Translations under genes and position numbers: made by a program
The notes under the pieces: model-generated
Databases searched by the model: none
Told to the model about the DNA's origin: nothing
What the model saw: the letters and a program-made list of their open reading frames with translations, nothing else
Source: an uncultured virus (IMG/VR IMGVR_UViG_2667527573_000005)
Taxonomy: Duplodnaviria > Heunggongvirae > Uroviricota > Caudoviricetes
Reading direction: 5' to 3' (one strand)
IMG/VR virus record: IMGVR_UViG_2667527573_000005
Span: 1 to 64,000 of that record
DNA length: 64,000 nt
Part shown: one piece after another, positions 29,589 through 39,514 of the stretch
Layout of the letters: each line of letters begins with the position of its first letter
How positions within the stretch are numbered: position 1 is the stretch's first letter

Positions 29589-29600
29589 GATACCCTCTCC

Positions 29601-29828
29601 CTATGAAAATATGGTTATTGCTTTTCCATTGTCATTTTTTATGTACGGAGAATGATTTCGGGCAAGATAGTTCCTTGACTTTCCTTCTCCCAGACTTACA
29701 TTATAAATATCCCTTACCTCATGTACTTCGTATGCTTGTTCTTTTGCATGTTCAGGTGATAGCGCCTCAATAACTAGAGACGCATTTTCACCTTTGCTAT
29801 CTTTACACCTTACATAATACTTTTTCAA
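29601..29828 (-). CDS. yorX: YorX-like protein
   Basis: 75 aa, synteny. Confidence 0.65.
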   Translation of the reverse strand: MKKYYVRCKDSKGENASLVIEALSPEHAKEQAYEVHEVRDIYNVSLGEGKSRNYLARNHSPYIKNDNGKAITIFS

Positions 29829-29867
29829 TAAACATCCCTTTATCCTTTCATTTTTTCTTGAAACAAT

Positions 29868-30239
29868 TTAATGAATCAAGCCTTGATATGTATTTGGTTT
29901 AATATTGTGTAGAGTGATTAGGTTAGCTAACCGCTCGATTTCCTTACTCATCGCATAACATTGATCAACATAAAATTTCTTTGGCATAATCACAAACTGG
30001 CCATCTTTAAATCCTTCCGCACCGGCTTCTTGCATTGCTGCTGGAAAGATATCAATTAGACTCCCTTTTTTAAAGCTCTCAATATACTCATCTACTGAAA
30101 TAGTGTGCAAAACCCTAGCTAATACTCCATTGGTCTTTTCATCGTTATGTACGTAAATGCTTTGTGTATGTGGTTCAATAACTACAAAATCAAGAGCGTT
30201 TACCAAGTCAATTTTTTCTTGATCAGTTAGCATATTCAC
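29868..30239 (-). CDS. yorW: YorW-like protein
   Basis: About 121-123 aa, synteny. Confidence 0.65.
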   Translation of the reverse strand: MNMLTDQEKIDLVNALDFVVIEPHTQSIYVHNDEKTNGVLARVLHTISVDEYIESFKKGSLIDIFPAAMQEAGAEGFKDGQFVIMPKKFYVDQCYAMSKEIERLANLITLHNIKPNTYQGLIH

Positions 30240-30439
30240 TCCCCTTTTTGTCGTAATATCTCATACTCAATCGTTTTTTTCCCAGCTTTGAGGACTTCCA
30301 TAAAGTTTGCTATTGCTTCAATTTCAACTCCTAATGATTCTACATAACGCTGCGCTTGATCAGTTTCCCCATTACTGATTTTCTTTCTATAATCTTCGAC
30401 ACTTTGTTTAAACCTTTCAATTATTTGCTCATTGTTAAT
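30236..30439 (-). CDS. 67-aa hypothetical protein with ATT start (or frameshifted ATG)
   Basis: GGGAG RBS, 9 nt, ATT AAC AAT GAG...; in-frame stop two codons upstream. Confidence 0.5.
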   Translation of the reverse strand: MNNEQIIERFKQSVEDYRKKISNGETDQAQRYVESLGVEIEAIANFMEVLKAGKKTIEYEILRQKGE

Positions 30440-30560
30440 ACATCAACACTCCCACCAACATTATTTTTATTCTAAATAAAATTGATCTTTTATATAGATC
30501 CCAATGTTCTTGTCCCGCTTCTTAGTATTAAGTATCATTAAATTAAGGTAGGGTGAGACA

Positions 30561-30818
30561 ATGAAACTTAAACCATCTTCCATTTTTAATAAGGAATATA
30601 ATGATGAAGCGACCTTTTGTCATGATGTTGATAAGCTCAAAACAAACCTAAGTACAAGCGCTTTAAGCCTTTTGCTATTCTTGGCAGACTTTTGTGAATC
30701 TAACTCTTACATCGAGTACTCTGATCTACTAGAAGTACATCCGTACCCTAATAAAGTAAGAGAAAACTTGAATGAACTATTAGAAAATGGATACGTAATT
30801 GTTATCCATAAGATTTAA
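30561..30818 (+). CDS. Possible winged-helix protein
   Basis: 85 aa, LSTSALSLLLFL...KVRENLNELLENGYV pattern; own RBS. Confidence 0.55.
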   Translation: MKLKPSSIFNKEYNDEATFCHDVDKLKTNLSTSALSLLLFLADFCESNSYIEYSDLLEVHPYPNKVRENLNELLENGYVIVIHKI

Positions 30819-30873
30819 TCCAAGGTTATTTATCTCAGTTTCACAAACACTTCACACATTTCAAATATTTAAC

Positions 30874-31068
30874 ATGCTAGACTAGAGTTCTAATGTCTCC
30901 CTGTTAAAAGGTTATACACGTTGGGAAATAGTATCTGGCAGCAACCTAATTAGCATTAGTTCAAGTGGTGTTGTATCTTCTTATTCATCACTAGGCACAG
31001 CAGTAGTTTACGCATATGACATTAACGACAATTATGTTATTTATAAAATTACAGTAGAAGCACGTTAG
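30874..31068 (+). pseudogene. Remnant of a YjdB-like exported Ig-fold protein
   Basis: MLD*SSNVSLLKGYTRWEIVSGSNLISISSSGVVSS...TAVVYAYD...YKITVEAR; internal stop, no signal peptide. Confidence 0.55.
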
Positions 31069-31105
31069 TTTACTGAGGAGTGTTAGTTCACTCCTTCCTT
31101 TTTGT

Positions 31106-31603
31106 TCACTCAAATAATTGAAGCAAATCCTCTACAATCTCATCGCTGCCCCATTGTCCAGTATCCCATGAATATGTATGTAATCCAGCACTGCTCATAA
31201 CTTCTCTGTATAACTCCAAAATTGAATCAATGTCTTTTCCTTCTATATACTCATCTCCCCGTACGTTTAACCGTTCCTTAATAATGCTTGGATCAGCATG
31301 TAAATATACAATCTTCGCTTTTATTTTAATTTTATCCTCAATAAATCTAAGCTGGTGTTCTGTAAGGATCGAATAATCTTTGAATTTCTTTGCATATACC
31401 AAGTTAGAATAAACAAACCTGTCAATAATCACGCTGTCTTCGTCAGCTAATCTGTTGAAGTGCTCGAATAATTTCTCATTCCCGCTTGTGGCCAACTCAA
31501 AGCTTGAACCTTTGATAATTGGATACTTCAGTTCTTTGCTTAGCTTTGCTGCAACTGTTGATTTAAAGCAGCAATCAGGCCCCTCCAAGATAATCAATGT
31601 CAT
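31106..31603 (-). CDS. yorR: Nucleoside monophosphate kinase (thymidylate kinase-like)
   Basis: LEGPDCCFKST P-loop variant, IIDRF, ERLNVRGD. Confidence 0.88.
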   Translation of the reverse strand: MTLIILEGPDCCFKSTVAAKLSKELKYPIIKGSSFELATSGNEKLFEHFNRLADEDSVIIDRFVYSNLVYAKKFKDYSILTEHQLRFIEDKIKIKAKIVYLHADPSIIKERLNVRGDEYIEGKDIDSILELYREVMSSAGLHTYSWDTGQWGSDEIVEDLLQLFE

Positions 31604-31758
31604 TAATCCTCCACCTTTCTTATTTTATGAAATCCAACAACCTGATAAGTACCGTCAGGATACTTCACTTCTACCTGGTTGTATCGGTAATCAACTTTCG
31701 CAACAGCTCCAATCTCATCTGTAAAATCAACAATTACCTTTTGACCTTTTCTAAACAT
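31603..31758 (-). CDS. yorQ: 51-aa SH3/KOW-like protein
   Basis: MFRKGQKVIVDF...; GGAGG RBS; synteny. Confidence 0.7.
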   Translation of the reverse strand: MFRKGQKVIVDFTDEIGAVAKVDYRYNQVEVKYPDGTYQVVGFHKIRKVED

Positions 31759-31966
31759 AAGTTAATCCTCCCTTTAGTGGCGTTAATTCATGTTCTTTAA
31801 AGTAAGTAATGTCACCTGTTTCATCGCTAACTGCATAGTCATATGTAGCTGAATGCAAATGCTCAATAATCTTTCCTTTTCTTCCAACATGATGAGGACA
31901 GCCATATCGTGCATTATTGTTAATTTCTACAGCTAGTCCAACAGGATAACTCCAGTATTTAGGCAA
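31751..31966 (-). CDS. yorP: YorP protein
   Basis: MPKYWSYPVGLAVEIN, 71 aa. Confidence 0.85.
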   Translation of the reverse strand: MPKYWSYPVGLAVEINNNARYGCPHHVGRKGKIIEHLHSATYDYAVSDETGDITYFKEHELTPLKGGLTYV

Positions 31967-31977
31967 TTTAATACCCC

Positions 31978-32691
31978 CTAATTAATAATTGAAACCGTTC
32001 CATGTTGTCTTCCGAAGTTAATTGCATCCTGTTCATTTGATACCAGCAAGTCCACTTTATTGCCAACAATCGCTCCACCTGTATCAATGGCTATGGCCTT
32101 AAATGAGCTCCCTCCTACTTTTATTAATACTACGGAGTTAAGTGGAATAATACTTGGATCTGTAGCTATTACTCTATAACCTTTGTAAAAAATTGATTGT
32201 GTTACATCTACGCCAGTTTTGGTTCGACCGGTGCAGCCTTCGGTACAGTTAGCAACATATGCACTAAATTCGATATCTAGTGTCTTAGCTTCATCATTTT
32301 CCACATATGTAATTTTATTTTTATTCTTTATTTGTTTATTCTTGTTTTTACCCTCACCTCCCTTCTTGATACTTTTCTTTTTCACTGGTTTGGGTTTAAT
32401 AATAGCTGCGTTAAGAATATCATCTCGCCGCTTTTCTTGTTTAGCTTTCTGTTTCTTAGAAACTTCATCGAACTTATTTAGCACCTGATTCTTGTGTTGT
32501 GGTAAGTTGATTTGTTTTGGTTTTCCATAAAATGATTCTTTTATTGAGTTATGATTGTTTCCTGTGTCTAAATGATGTTGTTCAAAATTTATGTATGAAA
32601 AGGTTGCCAGTGGGATTAAAATTATCATAGCACATTTAGTTTTTATTGTATATAATTTAATTTTATTTTTATTCTTTATTTCTTTATAGAT
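31978..32691 (-). CDS. yorM: 3D-domain (cell-wall lytic transglycosylase-like) exported protein; likely ATC start at 32691
   Basis: FSAY...TKTG, IATDPSIIPL, AIDTGGAIVGNKVDL; AGGAGG RBS lies 7 nt before ATC, none before ATG 32628. Confidence 0.85.
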   Translation of the reverse strand: MYKEIKNKNKIKLYTIKTKCAMIILIPLATFSYINFEQHHLDTGNNHNSIKESFYGKPKQINLPQHKNQVLNKFDEVSKKQKAKQEKRRDDILNAAIIKPKPVKKKSIKKGGEGKNKNKQIKNKNKITYVENDEAKTLDIEFSAYVANCTEGCTGRTKTGVDVTQSIFYKGYRVIATDPSIIPLNSVVLIKVGGSSFKAIAIDTGGAIVGNKVDLLVSNEQDAINFGRQHGTVSIIN

Positions 32692-32702
32692 AAGGTTTCC
32701 TC

Positions 32703-35700
32703 CTATATTTCTTCCCTTTTTGTTGTCAAACTCATATTTCCTTCATTATCAACAAAATCTATTCTGCAGACAGTGTGATTATATATGCTATCTTTATAGA
32801 CCTTCGGAATAAAATTGTTACCTCTTCTGAAACCAGTAAACATGAGCAATGTCCCTCTGGTATACCAAGATTTCTCGACTACCTCTTTCTTTCCGCCACC
32901 AATGGATCTAGAAATCTGTTTATTGTAATGACTAAAGCTGCCCGACCACTGTTTAACTGTAACCACCCCTGTAGGTGTTAGAAGAGTAATTGTATGTTTG
33001 TTTTTATCCCTATCTAAAACAGTGCCTATAATCCGTGTAGTCTCATATTCATAGAGAGTTTTCCCTCTCCATTGATAAGGTTTACCTTTGACCGGCTCTG
33101 CTGGCAGTTTATAAAAGTCAGCAATATCATACTTGGCAAAGTTTACACCAGAAAGCTCATGGTCATTATAATAATAGCTCAATGAATCCATTTCCCACTT
33201 TCCTAATGACCCATCGGCGTATTTTTCCCACTCTTTTATTAATAAACAATCATTCAATTTCTTCAGTGGTTCTTCTGTTGTTATCCAGGACTTTATATTA
33301 GACATCTTGTTATCATATTCTTTTTTAAAAGCTTTTTCAGAAATGACAAGCTGCCCGTTTAACATGTCAACTACACTATCCTCACTGAAATGCTGGTTAT
33401 AAAACGAAGCTGATACATCATCCAATAAAAAAAGTTTATCTTTTGGCGACTTTAATGTTTTGTACACCTTTTTGCTGATGTAATCTTTAAAACGAAAGAA
33501 TCTCACTTCTTGTGCAAATTCTGAAGGTACAATGTTGTTTTCAATTAGCATTTTTAAATTAGACAACGTAAGCTTACTTTTTGGTTCTGATATTAAGCTA
33601 ATAAAGGCCTTCATGATTTCTTGCCTGTTTCCAAAAGAATCAAAGCAGCCTCCTTTTATTAATTGGATTACTTGTCCTTTCTTAATAATGCCGCTCTTAA
33701 ACATTCTTTCAATAAAGTCGTTAAAGTCACTATATGGTCTATTTAGAACTATATGATGAATAACATCGTCTCCAATTCCATTCATTCCTTTAAGTCCAAA
33801 TAAAATTGAATTGTTGTTAATATCAGTCCTAAAACCAAAATCAGCCTTATTTATATCTGGGAGGTCTATTTTAATCCCTCTTTGTCTAATGTTTCCGATG
33901 GCTGAAGCAACTTTTCCGTAGTTTGTAGCAGCTGTCTTTTTGTTGTCTTTTGTATCCTCGGTATCTATTCCTCCGCTGTTTACCGTTAAACAAGCAGTAT
34001 TCCAGTATAAAGGATTATATCGATAGTTTAAGTTCAATTCCTGTAATGCAATAATTGAATATGCCAAGGTATGAAGTAAACTAAAACTGTAGCCAAACTG
34101 TCTTTTAAATTGAACATTCCAGACATAATTCAACAGGTTATCAGAAGTGCCAATCTCCTTTCCTTTTTTAAAAAACAATTCTTCCACTTCTTTTAGTACA
34201 TCTTCTTTCTTTTTTGCTATGGATTTCCTAAGATAATTTGATTCTTTAATGTCAAAGTTAGCTATATCTTTATCCATAACCATCTGCATAACCACTTCTT
34301 GAGTATCAGCAACACCATAAATGTCCTTAAGGTGCCTCTCCATTACTCTGATTTCCTTTTCGCTTAGACCGTACCGTGTCATTTCTTCATACCATTTATT
34401 AAGGTTATTTTTGTATTTAACATATGTATCTACAGGCTGTTCTTCACCGTCTGACATAAGCCTCATTAAAGAATTGGTTACTGCTGCTTCAAGTAAATTC
34501 TTAGGTTTTACTTTGACAACTGATTGATGACCGACTTCAGTTGAGAACTGGAATAAATCCATGATCTCCCCATTACCAGCCATTTCCCATAGCTTATCAT
34601 CTTCATACTCAATTACGTCTGGATGGATGTATTTGTTGTAAGTTTCCTTCAAGCTTCCTTGCCATTCAATTTCTTTATTCTCGATTAATTGGTCTAATGT
34701 TACTCTAATCTTATCTAAAGCTTCAATTGTAAGAAGGTCAAACTTTACTGAGCCCATGGCTTCACTGTCACCCATATTAAACTGTGTAATATAAGCTCCT
34801 TTAGGAGTTTTCATCATTGCATTCGACTTTGTATATTCATCGTTAAAGATAATTACTCCGGCTGCATGAGAAGAGCGCTTATTAGTTAACCCTTCAATTT
34901 TTAGAGCTGTTTCTTTAAGATTAGGGTATTGTTCAACCTCTCTAATAAACTCTTTAATCGGCTTCCTGCCAGTTTCTTTGTCACCATAAAAACAATGTGT
35001 TAAAGGCCAGTTAGATCCTCTTTCAAATGGAATCATTCCACTTAAATACTGGGATATATCATTATCGATTCCTAAGCCTCTACACGCTGTCTGAAGCGCT
35101 GATTTTGAACCCTCAGTTCCAAAAGTAGCAATTTGAAGAACACGTTTGTCTCCAAACCTTTCTCTAAGTGCCTTAAGAATTTTTTGTCTTTTTGATCCTT
35201 CAGTATCAATATCGATATCTGGAAGGTCAGGTCTCGATTTATGTATATGTCTCCAATGTGGTAAATCATATTGCATTGGATTAATTTGAGTGTTATCGAG
35301 AAGATAATTAACTAAGTAACCTGCAGCACTTCCCCTGGCTGCCCCAACTAAACTGTCTCCTCCACACTCATCATCCCAAATAATATTAATGATTTCTCTA
35401 ACTGTTATGTAATAAGAAGGCATAGACTGGCTCAGCTTTTGGCTGATTTCCCAAAGTTCACCCAGCTCAACGTTAATCCTATTCAATATTTTATGAAAAG
35501 CTTCTCTCGTTAGTTCGCTTGTCTTTAATTTCTCTTCAAATCCGTCCTCAATTAACTTAAGGAGATATCTATCTTGTTCATCTACTGATTCAGACATCTT
35601 TTTTATATATTCATATTGATCATATGCTGGTTTAAATAAATGTCTTAATTTAAAGTTTGGAAGATCCATTTTAGGGATAATTGGTTCGTGCTCTATAGTA

Positions 35701-36620
35701 TAGTCTTCAATCATCTCGCCAATGAGCATTGTATTTTTTATGGCCTGATCGATGACTTCTTTATCAATGTAGTCCATTCTCTCGTGAATTTCATCAACGT
35801 TTTGAACGAAACAGGCTTCATAAAAGGAATCAACTTCTCTTTCTCCATCCTTAGCGTTTAAAAAGGCTTGATGAATTGCTCTATCTTCGGGTCTTAGATA
35901 GTGAGCATCTGTTGTAACAATCATTTGTAAGTCATACCCGTTGGCTATATCTATCAGCTTCTTGTTACAGTAAATCTGTTCTTCACTCAGTGCAGGTTGA
36001 AGCTCGATAAAAAACTTATCCTTCCCAAAAACCTCTATACACCAAGTTATAAACTCATGAATCTTTAGTTTGTGCTGCTTAATTGACTGAGAATCACCAG
36101 TTTCTTCAAAAGCCTTTATCTTTAACAGGTGAATGTTTACCTCAGACCCCAAGCAAGCTGTGGTAGCAATGATGTGTCCTGGATCTTTACTTAATAGCTT
36201 CTCTACATCCTTTTTTACTGTCGGCACTCTTTCCATTGTTCCTGTATAAAATGAGTTTTCCCAGGCTTGAGAAGACAGTATTCTTAACTGCTCATGTCCT
36301 TTTGGATCAATTGCCAACATCAAGAAATGCGGAAATTTTGTCACTCCCGATTTATAGTTATCTCGAACTTCCTCTAAAGAATCGACTAGGTACGCTTCAT
36401 TACCCAATATCAGTTTAAAATCTTCTGGCATATCCCCCTTCTTTTTCATTTCTCTAACTGTTCGAATAGCATCTAAATGTGCTGAGAGGACTTCATGGTC
36501 TGTTATGGCCAGTCCCTTATATTCCATCTTCACTGCAGTTTTGAGCAGTTCTTTAACTGAGTTTGTTGAATCAAGTAGTCTTATGTTACTTTTATCAGTG
36601 TGACAGTGACATCCAATCAA
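32703..36620 (-). CDS. yorL: DNA polymerase III alpha subunit (DnaE-type)
   Basis: PHP domain (HCHT, ITDH), ARGSAAG, PDIDID, HAAG, KFDLL, GYSF; 1305 aa, no intein. Confidence 0.96.
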   Translation of the reverse strand: MIGCHCHTDKSNIRLLDSTNSVKELLKTAVKMEYKGLAITDHEVLSAHLDAIRTVREMKKKGDMPEDFKLILGNEAYLVDSLEEVRDNYKSGVTKFPHFLMLAIDPKGHEQLRILSSQAWENSFYTGTMERVPTVKKDVEKLLSKDPGHIIATTACLGSEVNIHLLKIKAFEETGDSQSIKQHKLKIHEFITWCIEVFGKDKFFIELQPALSEEQIYCNKKLIDIANGYDLQMIVTTDAHYLRPEDRAIHQAFLNAKDGEREVDSFYEACFVQNVDEIHERMDYIDKEVIDQAIKNTMLIGEMIEDYTIEHEPIIPKMDLPNFKLRHLFKPAYDQYEYIKKMSESVDEQDRYLLKLIEDGFEEKLKTSELTREAFHKILNRINVELGELWEISQKLSQSMPSYYITVREIINIIWDDECGGDSLVGAARGSAAGYLVNYLLDNTQINPMQYDLPHWRHIHKSRPDLPDIDIDTEGSKRQKILKALRERFGDKRVLQIATFGTEGSKSALQTACRGLGIDNDISQYLSGMIPFERGSNWPLTHCFYGDKETGRKPIKEFIREVEQYPNLKETALKIEGLTNKRSSHAAGVIIFNDEYTKSNAMMKTPKGAYITQFNMGDSEAMGSVKFDLLTIEALDKIRVTLDQLIENKEIEWQGSLKETYNKYIHPDVIEYEDDKLWEMAGNGEIMDLFQFSTEVGHQSVVKVKPKNLLEAAVTNSLMRLMSDGEEQPVDTYVKYKNNLNKWYEEMTRYGLSEKEIRVMERHLKDIYGVADTQEVVMQMVMDKDIANFDIKESNYLRKSIAKKKEDVLKEVEELFFKKGKEIGTSDNLLNYVWNVQFKRQFGYSFSLLHTLAYSIIALQELNLNYRYNPLYWNTACLTVNSGGIDTEDTKDNKKTAATNYGKVASAIGNIRQRGIKIDLPDINKADFGFRTDINNNSILFGLKGMNGIGDDVIHHIVLNRPYSDFNDFIERMFKSGIIKKGQVIQLIKGGCFDSFGNRQEIMKAFISLISEPKSKLTLSNLKMLIENNIVPSEFAQEVRFFRFKDYISKKVYKTLKSPKDKLFLLDDVSASFYNQHFSEDSVVDMLNGQLVISEKAFKKEYDNKMSNIKSWITTEEPLKKLNDCLLIKEWEKYADGSLGKWEMDSLSYYYNDHELSGVNFAKYDIADFYKLPAEPVKGKPYQWRGKTLYEYETTRIIGTVLDRDKNKHTITLLTPTGVVTVKQWSGSFSHYNKQISRSIGGGKKEVVEKSWYTRGTLLMFTGFRRGNNFIPKVYKDSIYNHTVCRIDFVDNEGNMSLTTKREEI

Positions 36621-36632
36621 CTTTTCTCCCCC

Positions 36633-38363
36633 TTAAAACACAAGTTCTTTTTGTTTTGTGCGAACCACCTCCAATTCATAAATCTCGATTTGAGGTGTTT
36701 TCTTGCCTTTGTATTCATTTGCCTTTGCTTTACCAATTACATTAATGACTAATGTTCCATTTGATGCAGTAAGCTGATTAAAGTAGTTCTCATCACTTTT
36801 AAACCTTATGTATTCAATATCGCCATGCTTAAATTTAACAGTTGTCTTATTCTTTTTCCCTAAATGCTCAATTTGTTCGACTTCAATTTCAAGATCCGTT
36901 ATAGCTATTAAGGGTTCTTCAACTTTGTAACCCCAATAGTCTTTATAACCATCAAGTTGAAGGATAAATTCTTTTCTCAATCGTTTTGCTGGGATCTCAA
37001 AATCAACATTCTGAATATCTTCTTCGATATCTATGTCTTTAAATTTTTCATTCAGCACTTTGTTCACCAGGATTAAGTTCTGTCGTTTAATTGCAAAGCC
37101 AGCTGCATTTGGGTGACCTTCAACAAACTCAAATAATCCAGTATCTATAAGCTCTTTCTTAAAATCCTTTATAAACCCTTTATCATATCCTCGTATAGAG
37201 CCACTCAAAATATCTTTACCTTTTTCGGGATCGTTTCTGGCTAACAAGACCGGCTTTTTATATTCTTCTGCAAGCTGATTGGCCACCAGTCCAGTTAGGC
37301 TTTTATCTAGAATCCCTTCAATATAAACAATGAGTACTTTATTCGCTGTTAAATTTTTCTCCTCTATTCTATTTTTAATTTCAGCTCCAGCTGCATCTGC
37401 AATCCTTTTCTGCTTTGCTTTTAGATTTCCTAGAACCCTAACTGTGTCATCATGTATTGACACAAGCTCAGTTTCATTTTGCCCACGTTTTTTATAGGGT
37501 ACCTTTTCTTTAGAAAGGAGGAATGCTCTCATCATTTGATTTTTTTCTTCACTGCTTCCAACCCTAATGGCAGCGTTAATTAAAGGGTTAATAAAGAACT
37601 GTGTATTCTGTATGTTCTTGTCACCCTTGGTTGAAAACTCTTGCTTCTTAAATAGCTTCTTTAATAATGGATGCTTAATTTTCTTCAAACCTTCATTCAT
37701 AAAATACCTGGTTTCAAGGTTTCTTGAATCAGCCGAATCTGCTATGTTACCAATAGATACAAGGTCTAAGAATTGTTCAGCTTCATTTTTATTTAGCTTT
37801 TCATCAACTGCCTGGCAAAATTTATAGGCCATTCCTGCACCTGTCAGAGTTTTATTCGAATAATTAGGCGAAAGTTGATTATTTACTACGATCGCGTGTT
37901 CAGACACTCGTTCACATTCATGGTGATCAATAACAATTATTTCTGTGCCTCTCTTATTAAGAGCCTCATGTTCCTCAAATTGACTTGAACCTGCATCTGG
38001 GATTATGACTAAGTCAACATCATCAGGAATTGTATCAATAAAAATCCCATGCTCTTTCCCATCTTGAATTCTGTAATGTATATTAGCTTTCGGACAAATC
38101 TTCTTTATGTAGTTTATAATGATTGAGCTGGATGTGTATCCATCAACATCACTGTCTACCTGAACAAACAATTTATTTTTATTATTTAAATGCTTAATAA
38201 GACAATCTGCAGCTTTATCAATATTATTTAGCTTTGAATAATGAATAACTGAACTTTGATCAACATTAACAAACAACTTTGGATCTTCTATGCCTCTATT
38301 TTTTAAGATAGTAGCTAAAGGATCGAAATTATAATCATTGTCGCCAATTAGTCTATACTCCAT
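36633..38363 (-). CDS. yorK: RecJ-like DHH exonuclease
   Basis: DSDVDG, IDHH, GHPNAAG. Confidence 0.93.
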   Translation of the reverse strand: MEYRLIGDNDYNFDPLATILKNRGIEDPKLFVNVDQSSVIHYSKLNNIDKAADCLIKHLNNKNKLFVQVDSDVDGYTSSSIIINYIKKICPKANIHYRIQDGKEHGIFIDTIPDDVDLVIIPDAGSSQFEEHEALNKRGTEIIVIDHHECERVSEHAIVVNNQLSPNYSNKTLTGAGMAYKFCQAVDEKLNKNEAEQFLDLVSIGNIADSADSRNLETRYFMNEGLKKIKHPLLKKLFKKQEFSTKGDKNIQNTQFFINPLINAAIRVGSSEEKNQMMRAFLLSKEKVPYKKRGQNETELVSIHDDTVRVLGNLKAKQKRIADAAGAEIKNRIEEKNLTANKVLIVYIEGILDKSLTGLVANQLAEEYKKPVLLARNDPEKGKDILSGSIRGYDKGFIKDFKKELIDTGLFEFVEGHPNAAGFAIKRQNLILVNKVLNEKFKDIDIEEDIQNVDFEIPAKRLRKEFILQLDGYKDYWGYKVEEPLIAITDLEIEVEQIEHLGKKNKTTVKFKHGDIEYIRFKSDENYFNQLTASNGTLVINVIGKAKANEYKGKKTPQIEIYELEVVRTKQKELVF

Positions 38364-39499
38364 TAAATTCCCCCTTCATCTGTGCCAATCTCAATTTTCC
38401 TTCTCATTAGCTCCTCTAGAGTTTCCTTTCCCTTGTCAGCTGGGCTGTCCTTATAATCCAGTAAGCCTTCAAAATCCCACAAAACATACACACGAACATA
38501 AGGAGTAAATTTTGCTGCGACCTTTAGAATTTTCTTCTGATATTCAACCAATTTTTCTTGATATTTCTCCTCTGTTTCATGTTCTTTTGGTGGTCGGTAT
38601 TTATCAAGAGCAATAAAAACTTCTTCAACACCAAGAGACAATAAAATGTCCCGGTGAAAATTAGATATATTACTTGAACAAACAGCACAGGTAAAGTTTG
38701 ATTCACCGTAAAAATCTTGGCATTTTAATACTGATTTTTCTGATTCGAAAATCAATACTTTCTTGAACCTTTCTATCGAATTTTTTGTTTTATGTAATCC
38801 ATATAGATTCATCATTGTTTGATGGTTATATAAGGTATTGCCAACTTTTAAAGGCATATATTTATAGCCTGCATCTACTTCTTCTTTAATCATTGAGCGC
38901 CTACGTATACCAATCAACCTATTATTTAAATCTCGATGAGGAATGGTAATCCCTTCTGTATGAGGTCTAAAATAGTACCCAATCTCAAACTCTTTTAATG
39001 TCTTGTGACTTATTCCCTCACCTAGCCACAATTGGTGAGGATAAGGCACAAATACATCTAGAACCGTTTCATTAAAGCTGGGGAGCTCAATATGTATTTT
39101 TTTCTTCTTTTTGAACTTCCCCATCCATTCCCAGTCATCAATCAAATCATTGTTTATGTATGTCTCTCTATTCCCAAATCCAAATGTTCTTCCTGCTATT
39201 TTGGCAACATATTCGATAGCCTGATTAAAAGAGATATTAATACCTTTTTGACTTTTTGCTCTTATAACAAGTTCAAATACATCAAAATTATCTCCACACT
39301 CTGTATAACAGTGAAACTGTTTTGCTTCATGATAGTAATACAGCTTATAGCTCCCACCAGAAGAATTGTGACAAACGGTTCTGTAAATTGGATTTCCTTG
39401 TTGATCCCACTGATTGTTCTCGCTACCTAAGTCTTTTAAAATCTTATGTATATCCTCAATGGTCAGGCTTTCTTTTACTCTGTCTTTATCATACTTCAA
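38363..39499 (-). CDS. yorJ: DNA primase-like protein (Zn finger + TOPRIM)
   Basis: CH...FHCYTEC, FESEKS, IALD, KDSPAD. Confidence 0.85.
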   Translation of the reverse strand: MKYDKDRVKESLTIEDIHKILKDLGSENNQWDQQGNPIYRTVCHNSSGGSYKLYYYHEAKQFHCYTECGDNFDVFELVIRAKSQKGINISFNQAIEYVAKIAGRTFGFGNRETYINNDLIDDWEWMGKFKKKKKIHIELPSFNETVLDVFVPYPHQLWLGEGISHKTLKEFEIGYYFRPHTEGITIPHRDLNNRLIGIRRRSMIKEEVDAGYKYMPLKVGNTLYNHQTMMNLYGLHKTKNSIERFKKVLIFESEKSVLKCQDFYGESNFTCAVCSSNISNFHRDILLSLGVEEVFIALDKYRPPKEHETEEKYQEKLVEYQKKILKVAAKFTPYVRVYVLWDFEGLLDYKDSPADKGKETLEELMRRKIEIGTDEGGI

Positions 39500-39514
39500 A
39501 GGGCGCTACACCCC

